A stretch of DNA of 64,000 bases from Octopus sinensis (lineage: Eukaryota), in assembly GCF_006345805.1 (NCBI RefSeq), contig NC_042998.1, positions 79,608,001-79,672,000 on the forward strand. Reading direction: 5' to 3'. How positions within the stretch are numbered: the first letter of the stretch is position 1; every line of letters begins with the position of its first letter. The notes below the pieces were generated by a model. The model was not told the DNA's origin and made no database searches. It was given only the letters and a program-made list of their open reading frames with translations. Below are positions 12,618 through 23,589 of the stretch, one piece after another. The position numbers were made by a program, and so were the translations under genes.

Positions 12618-13293
12618 CTACAACAAACAAGCTATCGAAAACCTCAGTGACACCACACTATACGAAAAGGTTCACAACATCATACCTCACCAAATTTAGT
12701 CTACCATCAATACCAACTGGGCCAACATCTGTCACCAAAGGAATCTCTCTAAGAAGGCTAGACTGAACGACACATCTAAAAACACCACCCTTCCAGCCTT
12801 CTACTATTTAATAAAAACCCTCAAACCCAGACCTAAGCTTAAAATCAGACCTTTAGTATCAGGAATTAATGGTCCTTTCTATATGATTTCTTGGCTCCTC
12901 TCTAAACTCCTCAAGCCCTTACTACACACAATCCCTGGACACATTAGCAGCTCCCACAAAATCTTCACGAAACTCAAAGATATTGACCCTGACCCTTCCA
13001 TACTTAAAACTAACAAATACCCTTTTAGTTTAGACGTAGTTTCCCTCTACACCTCTGTACCCGCTCTCCTGGCCATTGATATCCTCATAGACCACATCAT
13101 GTCCTTATCTCCCCCAACATCTCCCTGCCCCCACCTCCCTCCTCATCTCTCCCTCCCTCTTCTGCAACCTCCTCCTCCCCGTCTTCCCCTTCATCTTCTC
13201 TCACCTCCCTATCCATCAACCTCCAGCTGTTTGGCCTCACACCCTTGGATATATGAGAGTTACTAACCATTATAGTTGGTAACACCTACTTTC
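12600..13293 (+). mobile_element. second Penelope-like RT fragment, inverted relative to the first
   Basis: FYYLIKTLK..IRPLVSGINGP..ISWLLSKLLKPLL..FSLDVVSLYTSVP..NTYF. Confidence 0.85.
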
Positions 13294-14624
13294 ATTTGTT
13301 GTTGAATATTTAGTAGTATGATTCAGCATTAAAACTCATTTATATCTGTTTGTGATGTGCCCTTAGATCTTATTTACAAGCTTTGTTTTATGAATCAGCT
13401 TCCATATTCTCCAACACCAAGATTGGTGACCTTTGTTCAGTTTGCTCAAGCAGTTGAAGTAATACAAATATAGCTACAATTACAACGTATAAATTACACA
13501 ATGGCATTAAATTATGTTAGCATTAACCTAGTATTGAATGTAGAATACATGTTTACATTTTAAACTGTACAAATACAATGGATATATATAAGAGTCATAA
13601 CTATATTTTATAGTTATATTGGTACATGGCACTTTAGAGATAGAAGACGTATATAATCATTTGATTAGAAGTATCTCATATTTTATAGAATTGTCATTAA
13701 TGCTAATGAATCCCTGTCATTATAGGTTTGATATTAATTGATCAAAAGTTCATTTTTTACTCAGTACACTAAGAGTCTTGGAAGAAACTTAACTAGGTGT
13801 CCTTTATATAGAAAATATCATTCATCATCATCATCATTACCATCGTTGTCATTGTTGTTATTATCATCATCATTTAACATCCATTTTCCATTCTGACATG
13901 AGTTGGGCAGTTTGACGGGGTCTGGTGAGCTGCAGGGCTACGCTGAGATCAGATGTCAGCTTTGGCATGGTTTCTATGGCTGGATGCCCACCCTAATCCC
14001 AATCATTTTACAGTATGTACTAGTTGCTTTTCTCATGCCGTTGGCACTTGTGGGGTTGCCAAGTAACCTGTAAGGAAAGAAAAGAACAGGAAAGCCAATA
14101 AATGCTCCCTCAATGAAGTGGGGTGGTGGCGAGAATGGGGTGATGGTTTTATGCTAGCTGTTGATGGCTAAAGAATGATAGCAGTACAAACCCAGGTGGC
14201 TTGCTATACAGGAGGTACATGGCTACCTCGCATTGTATAATGGTGTAGCTGGAAAGAAGATAAAGATGGTTGTGACAAGATGCTGGGGCATCTCAAGACA
14301 AATGATGGTAAGTATGAGAGAAGATACAAACAAGGGATCAGGGTAGGGAGAGAGGGTAGTTTCAGAAGAGTGTGAGGGGAGAGTAGTAATCCATGGTTAC
14401 AGACTGAGGTAGTGGTGAATATAGTCGGGGATGAATAAAGTAGAGGTTCAGTTGATGAGAAATACTTGTATCAAGAGTGGAGTAAGATATCCAAAATGGA
14501 CTTTTAATAAGACATCAAAATCAGTTTTGAAAATGTATTATCACTTGACAGTTGATTAAGTTAATAAGAATACTTGTGTGTTTTTCCTTTTATTTATTTA
14601 TTTATTCATTCACTTATTTTTTAG

Positions 14625-14722
14625 TCCTGTGAAAGACACAGTATGTGTGAATGACCGATGGGGTAAAAATATTCGATGCAAACATGGTAGTTTTCTCAAC
14701 TGTAATGACAGATACAATCCAG
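14625..14722 (+). CDS. FUCA: alpha-L-fucosidase exon 5
   Basis: ttttag|TCCT..CCAG|gtaagg; [33 protein letters not shown](G), containing the NDRWG motif. Confidence 0.96.
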
Positions 14723-16661
14723 GTAAGGGATATGACAATTTGGCACAGCCATTTTGGCATTGCCTATTGGATGTTGCTGATTCAATGCTAATGTATTTGA
14801 CATCAAGTTTTAATGTTTCTTTCGTTCTCTTCCCCTTCTCTTTCTCTCTTCCTCTCTCTCTCTCTCTGGGCATGTCTATCCTTATGTGTATGAGAGAGAG
14901 AGGGTTCATATCAGGTTCAATTAGTAAATTGTAATGTTTCTCTCTCTTTCTGTCTGTCTGTCTTTCAGACACACACACACACACACATTCACACTCACTT
15001 TTTCTATCTTTATTTGTATATTTCTGCACACATGTGTATGTTTGCCTCGAGCGCCAAAACATACCATCAACCTAAGCAGTCAGCCATGCCAAATCATCAT
15101 CTCATTCCAGTAATTAAGTAATGATGTCAATGAAATCAGCTTCACACCTCCTCTTCCTCCAAAATCTGTGGCCTTGTCTTTATGTGAGAAAGGATTAGAT
15201 TGGCAGAATTGAACAACATATCAGCTCCTTACATGCTTAGTTCAAATTCTATGAAGCTCAATATTACCTTTTATCCTTCTGTGGAGGTGGCGGGTGAGAA
15301 AATAAAGTACCATTCAAGTACTGGGGTCAGTTTAAGCAAATAAATCTGGTCCCCAAATTTGTGGTCTTATGCATATCTTTTGTTTTAACCATTTGGCTGC
15401 AGCCATGCTAGTGAATTGCCTTGAAAACTTTTAGTCGAACAAATTAACCTTATTGTTTTTTTAAGCTTAGTACTTAGTATGTCAATCTCTTTTGCCGAAT
15501 CACTAAGTTATAGGGATGAAAACACATCAACACCAGTTAGAAACAATGGGCTTCTTTCAGTTTCTGTCTACCAAGTCCACTCACAAGGCTTATAGTAAAA
15601 AACACCCCAGGTGCCATACAATGGGACTGAACCCAGAACCATGTGATTGGGAAACAAACTTCATATGACACAACCATGTCTGTGCCTGTTAGAAAACCTT
15701 ATTACTGTTGGTACTGTTGCATCACCAAAAATTGTATCTCTGCATTCTGTTGTACAACATCCCTTACAATAACATGTGTTAATTTCAACTTATAGCTTTT
15801 CCTTTATCTCTAGTTAGAACTCAGATAAAGATGGCACAGTTTCATTTTATTTTTTTTTTTTTATGGTGGAACTCAAAGTAGATAAAGTTATGAATAATAG
15901 TGTGCAAATATCAGGTGGAAAGAAACCCTTTTGATAGAAGTCAAAGGTTGCCTGTAGGACTTGAATCTAAACTTTTTTACCAGTAAGAATTGTATGTTGT
16001 TTGCATCATGATAATTTAGAAACTACTAGAGACCTGAGATAATTCATTCATAATGGTAAGAACTCAAAGTAGATAAAGTTATAAATAATAGCATGTAGGT
16101 ATTGGGTTAAAAAAACTTTTGGATAGAAAAAGTCAAATGGTGCCTGTGGGACTCAAACCTACATCTATAAACATGACAGATGTTCTACCATTGGAACAAT
16201 TTATTTTATGTTTTTATATTTTTTTAATGTCCTAGTTTTAAAAATATCATATGTGAAAAGTATCAAATGTCTTTGGTGGCCATTATCTAGCTCTCCAAAT
16301 AGTGTACAATAGGTTAACTTTAGAATTTTTTAAAAGGTGAAAACAAACTGGCTTTAGAAACCACTGAGCCAAAAAAAGAATCTTTAAATAGTTGCATGAC
16401 CTGCTAAAAGTAACAGTCAAATTTTCCTCAAATTACACCTTCCATTTTTGAAAAGAGACACATTCAACAATGTTTCCTAAGAATGATAAAAGAAAGGATG
16501 GTCTTGGAAGGAAAGCCCTTAATCATAGGGCTACTTGATCAGGTTTGATAGGAGTTTATTCAAGGGCAGCAATTAGTTTTGTATCTTTTTGGATTATCAT
16601 TATTTTCTACATTAGCTTTGTATCTTTTTGGATTATCCTTATGTTCTACATTTCTTTGCAG

Positions 16662-16794
16662 GTGTTCTTCAAAAGAAGAAGTGGGAAAATGCCATGACAA
16701 TCGACCGATATTCCTGGGGTTACAGACGCAACTTAAGGCTTCAAGATTTACTGACAGTTGATCAATTGATTGATGAACTTGCTGAAACTGTCAG
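16662..16794 (+). CDS. FUCA: alpha-L-fucosidase exon 6
   Basis: ttgcag|GT..TCAG|gtaggt; [44 protein letters not shown](S). Confidence 0.96.
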
Positions 16795-16990
16795 GTAGGT
16801 AAAATTAATGTGATTAGTTAAAAAAAAGATATTTGATTCTGCATGAAATATTTATATAATAAGTTCTACATGAAATAAATAAGATTTTATATGAAATGGA
16901 TAAATTGGAACTACATGAGAACAAGTTTTTAATATGAATGTACATACTATCTATAAATATATATATAAATATTACATAATTTTGTATGTG

Positions 16991-17039
<49 letters not shown>

Positions 17040-17107
17040 CACCATGCCAGCATGGAAGATGGACGTTAAATGATGATGATGCATACATACATGCATCCAT
17101 CCATCCA

Positions 17108-17990
17108 TCAGGTCATTGAGAATGAAAGGTCCGATTTTCTTATGCACAAAGTTTGACAATTGTTAACTCTAATGTTTTATCCTAAACATTCTTTGTTTTA
17201 CAAAATTGAAGAGTTACATCTTCACTTTTCAAAATGCAATTCACGGTGTTGGATTATATTGAGAGTTTTCTCTTGTAAATCAATTTTTGTGAACCCATGG
17301 ATAGATCAATAATTCAGACAGCTCAAAACATCAATCAGGTGTTTGGGGAAGATGTGGTGAATGAATGCACTGTACATTGACGGTTTGAGAAGTTCCAGTC
17401 TGGTGATTTTACTCTTGAAAATCAGACCCATGGCAGATCTGAGACCAAGGTGGATAATGATGAGATGGAAACTGTAGTGGAAGCTAATACAACTCAAACT
17501 ATGCATGAGTTAGCATCAAGGATTGATGTTTCGATTCCAACAATATTGGACTATCTGAAACAAATTGGCATGGTAAAGAAGCTGGACAAGCGGGTACCGC
17601 ATGAACTGAATGAGCATCAAATGACACGTCATCTTGAAACTTACTGTTATGGCATAAAAGCAAACATTTTTTGCATCATATTGTTACATGAGCTGGAAAA
17701 TGGATTCTTTCAATAATAGCAAGTGTTCTGCATTGTGGTTGGATAGAGAAGAAGTGCCAAAACACAATCCAAAAAAGAATATTCTCCAAAGAAGCTAATG
17801 GTGTTTGTTTGGTGGTCCAGCACTGGTGTCATCCACTACAGCTTCAGGAGGCCTGGTAAGTCAATTACAGCAGATGTATACATCAATCAACTGGATGAAA
17901 TGATGAATGATATTGCTCAATAGAACTGGCCAATTCTCTTGCAAGACAATGCTTGAATACATGTTGCGCAAAGAATTCTACTCAAGTTAC
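17108..17990 (+). mobile_element. decayed, 3'-truncated mariner transposon
   Basis: IGMVKKLDKRVPHELNEHQ (WVPHEL motif), KLMVFVWWSSTGVIHY, WPILLQDNA; stops and frameshifts. Confidence 0.85.
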
Positions 17991-18109
17991 AACCAGCAAA
18001 AAATTCACTTAAGTACCAAGGATGTTACAGCCTACTTATAAAGGTAGTAATTCCAGGGTTTAGTGAAATGTTTTTGTATAACAGATAAATAAAGAAATGG
18101 AGTTAGTCG

Positions 18110-18135
18110 CATGTGTAAGTATGTACATATACGTA

Positions 18136-18185
<50 letters not shown>

Positions 18186-18209
18186 TACGTATATGTACAT
18201 GCTTACACA

Positions 18210-18211
<2 letters not shown>
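18110..18211. repeat. 102-bp near-perfect palindrome centred on (TA)n
   Basis: catgtgtaagtatgtacatatacgtatgtgtgtg (ta)n cacacacatacgtatatgtacatgcttacacatg; one mismatch. Confidence 0.9.
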
Positions 18212-18246
<35 letters not shown>

Positions 18247-18247
18247 G

Positions 18248-18551
18248 TGGAGGCGCAATGGCCCAGTGGTTAGGGCAGCGGACTCGCGGTCGTAGGATCG
18301 CGGTTTCAATTCCCAGACCGGGCGTTGTGAGTGTTTATTGAGCGAAAACACCTAAAGCTCCACGAGGCTCCGGCAGAGGGTGGTGGCGATCCCTGCTGTA
18401 CTCTTTCGCCACAACTTTCTCTCACTCTTTCTTCTGTTGGCCTGCTTGCTTAGCTAGCGGGGTGGCGTCATTTGAAGGCTAAAAAACAATGCGAAGCGCA
18501 TTGTGACCAGCGATGTGTAGAAACATCTGATAGCCTGGTCGGTCACGGTGA
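18248..18551 (+). mobile_element. young tRNA-derived SINE
   Basis: A box TGGCCCAGTGG, B box GGTTTCAATTCC, CpGs intact, inserted in (TA)n. Confidence 0.75.
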
Positions 18552-19692
18552 TATATATATATACATAGTATATAGTATATAAAATCTATTCTGTCTGTCT
18601 GTTTGTGTGCTTATATATAACTTGAGTGTTCTTCATCTGATCACACTGAAATTTTAAACATGGATACATGACAGAGCAGGGCATTCCGTAATCTAAAAAG
18701 ATTTTCAAAATTGTTAGTTTCAAAGTGAGAATCACTATTTTTGTAATCTTTTTGTCCTGTTTGTTCCACCATTGAAAGCAACATGTTTGCTCAGACAGCT
18801 GGCACATACCATTTCGCTAGCAACAAGGGAAGTACAGGATGACAGTCAGCCCACACCGTTGCTATGCTGTCTCTCTTCTTTCTTGTCTCTGTCTCTCTTA
18901 TGATGTCCGATTCCACTTGAAGTTGTATATATATATTGTGTTAAGATTTGTTGTCAATCAATTATCCTTATTTAGAAGAAACAGTCATAAGTAACCACCA
19001 CATACAATCACCAAACATCTCCACTAATTAACACCGTCCAAGTTTGGGGTTAATAATCTTAATCTTTAGTTACAGTTTCTCATTCAAACTACATAATAGG
19101 CAGAATTGTTGGATTAAGACAGCAGGGTGTTTTGAGGGAGATTTGGTTGCTATTTTTAACAGGCCTAGCTACCACGTAGAGGTCTCCCTCATTGGCTCAT
19201 ACATATATACATAAAATCAAAATAAAATACTTAAAGCAACAGTCGTCTAATACAATAGCCAAGGTTCATGCAATGTCATGGGTCAAATAAATTTCTATCT
19301 TCTTGCCTAATGCAAGCCCAGAGAAATCTCTTATCTCTTACACTATTGCAGTTTTATGTCTCTATTGTAAAGTAAGATAATATTTTCAGTTTGAAAGAAA
19401 TCTGTCCTATATATATATATATACATATATATAAATGAAAATAGTAATGCAATACGAAAGTAATGCTTTCCAGTAAAGGATAGCCTGTGAGGGTAAAATT
19501 ATACATAAAAGTAAATAAATGGCACAACGAAGTACCGATATTTACTGGAAAATAGCGAACGTAATAAATACGATGCTAATGTATAGTATCACTGCGTATA
19601 TACTAGTAAAGATGCGTGTGTGCAACAAACATGAAAAAAATTGTCTTACCTCTAGGAAGAACATCTGAAAATGAAATACCTAGAAATGGATA

Positions 19693-19764
19693 ATGTGGTA
19701 CTGGTTTCAGATTCTTCAAAATATGTCTGCCAACATATAGTTGATTTATCCTCATCAGCCACAT
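19693..19764 (-). ncRNA. type I hammerhead ribozyme, copy 1
   Basis: AUGUGG CUGAUGA GGAU..AUCU GAAA CCAG UA CCACAU; 6-bp stem I, intact core, extended stem II with AUAUGUU/GACAUAU. Confidence 0.8.
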
Positions 19765-20118
19765 ATACCTCGACAATATTTCAAATGTTGCCACATCTAT
19801 GCCAGTACACTCGACTGAACGCCAAAACGTTGACAGAACGAGAACAGTGAATAAGTTTCAATGAAAATAGTAATGCAATACGAGAGTATTGCTTTCCAGT
19901 AAAGGATAGCCCGTGAGGGTAAAATTATACATAAAAGTAAATAAATGGCACAACAAAGCACCGATATTTACTGGAAAATAGCGAACATAATAAATACGAC
20001 GCTAATGTATAGCTTCACTGCGTATGTACTAGTAAAGATGCGTGTGTGCAACAAACATGAAAAAAATTGTCTTACCTCTAGGAAGAACATCTGAAAATGA
20101 AATACCTAGAAATGGATA

Positions 20119-20190
20119 ATGTGGTACCGGTTTCAGATTCTTCAAAATATGTCTGCCAATATATATTTGATTTATCCTCATCAGCCACAT
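20119..20190 (-). ncRNA. type I hammerhead ribozyme, copy 2
   Basis: AUGUGG CUGAUGA GGAU..AUCU GAAA CCGG UA CCACAU; palindromic stem III ACCGGU, GUA cleavage triplet. Confidence 0.85.
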
Positions 20191-20239
20191 ATACCTCGAC
20201 AATATTTCAAATGTTGCCACATAAAATAGTGGTGATCCC

Positions 20240-21845
20240 AAAACAAAGGCGCACGTGCGTGTTTGTGAGACTGTGTATGTGCATGTGGAAGGGGACTGGT
20301 GACTTTGACGTGTGCGTGTGTGCTTGTGTAGGTGTGTGGATGATGGTGTGGGTGCTGAGAAGTGGTCAGTGCTAGTGTGTGCAGGGTGTTGTGATATGGT
20401 GTGGTGTTTAGGTGTGGGGCTGGGATGGGATATATAGGGATGGTAGGGTTGGAATGTGTGGGGTGGAGTAACGAGGGAGGGGTGACGATGAAGGGAGAAA
20501 GTGGGTAGGATTGAAGAGGGGAAGTAGGTGTCAGAGCAAGAGAGGTGAGGTGGGTGTGAGAGGAAGAGAGGAGAGTGGAGGAGGGCTAGATGTAGAGGTT
20601 AGTAGAGTTGAGCCCATGGGGTGCAAAAGAGCGAAGAGAGAAGATTAATCCCTGTTCACAGTGAAGATGGGAATCTGGATGGCCCATGTGCAAATACAAT
20701 CTGAATACAGACAGGTGTTGTAAAGTATGACTGGTAGAGCGGAAATGACATAAGATTGGGGTGTCGTTGCTGAGTCTGATGTCTCAGAGGTGTTCTAAGA
20801 ACCAGTCAGCCAAGTGACGTCCATTTGACTGATGTATAGAGGATAGAGAGAGTAAGAGATGCAGTAAATGACGTTGCTAGAATTGCAGGTGAAGGAATCA
20901 GTGATATGATAGGGTCAATGATGAGTGCCTGTGAGGAGGGTGGTGTTGGAGAGGTATGGGCAAGTGCGGCAGCATGGGTGGGAGCAGGGGAACGAGCCAG
21001 GTTGGAAGGTTGGGTTAGGGAAGAAGCTGTGAACCAAGAGGTCCTGTAGGTTGTGGGGTCATTTGAAGGAGGGGAGGGGTCAGTTAGGAAAGATGTGCAA
21101 ATTGGAGGAGTCAGACTGAAGTCGCCGGAAGGCTTGGAGAATGGTGTTTTGGAGAGGTGGGGTGGTGAGGGGAGATGGGTGATGGTGGAGCAGGTGCGGG
21201 GGGAGAGAGCAGATGTACGGTCCACGGAACATGCTCTGGCAAGGGTGGTGTGGATAGTGGTGAGGGAATATCCTCGTAGGATGAAGTGGCAAGCCATATG
21301 TTGAGACTGAGTCTCAAAGTCATGGTCTTCACTGCAGAGCCTGTGTAGATGAAGGAATAGGGGATGGAGAGCTTGGTGTGTTTAGGGTGGGAGGAGGAGA
21401 AGTTGAGGTGTGAGTCTGTGTGTTTGTAGTGGATGGAGATGGAGAGAGTGGAGTGATGAATGCTGACCGAAATGTTGAGAAAGGCGACTGAAGCGTTGGA
21501 AATAGTGCAGGAGAAGTGGAGGGCAGGATGGAAAGGTTTGGCAAAAGAGAGGAAGGAGTCTAGATGTTTGCGGGAAAGTGAGGTCGTACCAATACAGTCA
21601 TCAATATAACGACCATATAGTTTGAGAGTGGGACCAGTGAATCTTGAGAATATTTGGGCCTCAATGTAGCCAACGAACAGGTTCGCATAGTTGGAGCCCA
21701 TTCTCATTCCCACAACAACTCCCAAGACCGCTGGTAAAAATCCCCTGTGAATGAGAAGCAGTTAAGTGAGAGGACAAGTTTGGCCAGATGAAGGAGTGTG
21801 GATGTGTCGGGTTGGGTCGAAGGCCAAGGAAATGTTGGACTCATT
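20240..21845 (-). mobile_element. Penelope-like element relic (RT C-terminal half, GIY-YIG and low-complexity 3' region)
   Basis: GMRMGSNYANLFVG..LYGRYIDDCIG..FHPALHFSCTIS..HPKHTKLSIPYS and TCATSNVIYCI..LYISQTGRHLADWFLEHL. Confidence 0.88.
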
Positions 21846-21911
21846 TTATTTTTTTAACAATTCTAGATTTTAGAAAAAATTACAAGAATCTGCTTAATTT
21901 TTGTTTTTCAG

Positions 21912-22082
21912 TTGTGGTGGCAATTTGCTTGTAAATGTTGGACCAACTCATGATGGCCGTATTTCACCAATCTTTGAGGAACGTCTGTTACAATTTGGAC
22001 AATGGTTAAAGCTCAATGGGGAAGCAATCTACTCTTCCAAACCTTGGCTTCACCAAAATGATACAGTTACTCCAAGAATATG
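21912..22082 (+). CDS. FUCA: alpha-L-fucosidase exon 7
   Basis: tttcag|TTGT..ATATG|gtaagt; [56 protein letters not shown](W). Confidence 0.97.
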
Positions 22083-22994
22083 GTAAGTTATAGCAGTTTG
22101 TTTATTCCTTGTATTGACCATATAGACTGTACATGCAATATGAAGGCCAACATCTCTCTCTCTCTAACAGACACACACATACACACATACTGTTATACAG
22201 AGTTTTCTCAAGGATTACATTAAGCCTAAAAGTATCTAGACTGTTTAGGCATTTGCACTATAATTCAGTAAGTAGATAGTTGTCATCATCATTTTAGCAT
22301 CCATGTTTTCATGCTCACATGGGTCAGACAGAATTCACTGAGGCAAATTTTCTGCAGCTGGATGCCCTTCGTCACCTACCCTCAACTGTTTCCAAGTAAG
22401 GTAATATTTTCCCATGACCAAACATATTTTCGCAGAATGGAAAAAATTGACACCTCTTGTATAATGCTGACACTCATATTCAATTGTGATGTGATGTCGA
22501 GTCCAGGAGGCACTAAACTCCACACATACAATCATGCGCATGCACACACACACACACACACATATTTACATATTACTACAGCATGGCCACAGTCTAATGA
22601 CTGAAACAAGTAAAATGTCAATTATATACACATATATGTACGATGGTCTCTTTCAGTTTTCATCTACCAAGTCCACTGACAAGGCTATGGTTTGCTCAGA
22701 ACTATAATAGAAAGCACTTGCCCAAAGTGCCATGCAGTAGGACTGAACCTTAAACCATGTCACTGGGAAGTAAACTTCTCAATCACACAGCCACATCTAT
22801 GCCTATTTACTTAATGAGTAAAACCATCATTTGTTGAAACTAACACAAAATCTATTTATTTATATTGAAATACGTCAGTTTTAAAAATCATCATTGACTA
22901 AATTTGTTGGCTAAACTACTTGTTCTGAATATTATTTCTGTTTATGTTTAATCAAGAATATCAGTTAAAATTCTGTCTTGTTTGTCTCTTCTAG

Positions 22995-23247
22995 GTATAC
23001 ATCCAATAAAGCCAGCAATGGTACAGCTGTCTATGCTATTGTCTTAGACAGACCAAAAGGAAACTTCATCCATCTTGGATCAGTTGACTACTTGCCATCT
23101 ATCAGTGTCTCTTTACTGGGCTATAGTGGAAATATTGAAATCAAAGAGACGATAACTGGTATCATGTTAATGATTCCAAATATTCAAATTAATGAAATGC
23201 CAAGCAAAAGAGCTTGGGTATTTAAATTTATGGGAGCTAAAGTTTAA
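22995..23247 (+). CDS. FUCA: alpha-L-fucosidase exon 8 (last, stop TAA)
   Basis: ttctag|GTAT..; YTSNKASNGTAVYAIVLDRP..AWVFKFMGAKV*. The exon lengths sum to 1386 nt (461 aa plus stop) with all intron phases consistent. Confidence 0.94.
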
Positions 23248-23293
23248 AGAAGACTGAATTACATTCCTTAAGCTAACCCTGCATTATTATACA

Positions 23294-23299
23294 AATAAA
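23294..23299 (+). promoter_or_regulatory. candidate polyadenylation signal of FUCA (AATAAA)
   Basis: First AATAAA downstream of the FUCA stop codon, 46 nt away. Usage is not shown by the sequence. Confidence 0.45.
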
Positions 23300-23371
23300 C
23301 ATGTATGTGTGCCTTACATAATGAATGTATGTGTGTGTACACTCACACATGTGTATAAATATACGTGTATG

Positions 23372-23589
23372 TAAGGTGGTGAGCTGGCAGAAATTTTAGC
23401 ACACCGGACGAAATGCTTAGCGGTATTTCATCTGTCTTTACATTCTGAGTTCAAATTCTGCCAAGGTTGACTTTACCTTTCATCCTTTCAGGGTCGATAA
23501 ATTAAGTACCAGTTGCATACTAGGATCAATCTAATCAACTGGCCCCCTCCCCAAAAATGTCAGGCCTTGTGCTTAGAGTAGAAAAGAAT
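23372..23589 (+). mobile_element. tRNA-derived SINE with Nin/Deu-like domain
   Basis: ggtgagctggcagaa..ttctgagttcaaattctgccaaggttgactttacctttcatcctttcagggtcgataaattaagtaccag. Confidence 0.75.

Larger units (their letters stand above)
19435..20222 (-). repeat. tandem direct repeat (two 362-bp units, period 426) carrying hammerheads; PLE pLTR/retrozyme-like
   Basis: 19435-19796 closely matches 19861-20222; it lies downstream (minus sense) of the PLE ORF at 20640-21845. Confidence 0.9.

Noticed and set aside
15860-16200. Diverged direct repeat of about 150 bp with B-box-like sequence on minus
   Set aside because: It looks like old tRNA-derived repeat fragments and is too degenerate to define.
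19435-20222. CRISPR-like or prokaryotic repeat system
   Set aside because: There are only two long units, no spacers, and the context is eukaryotic and intronic.
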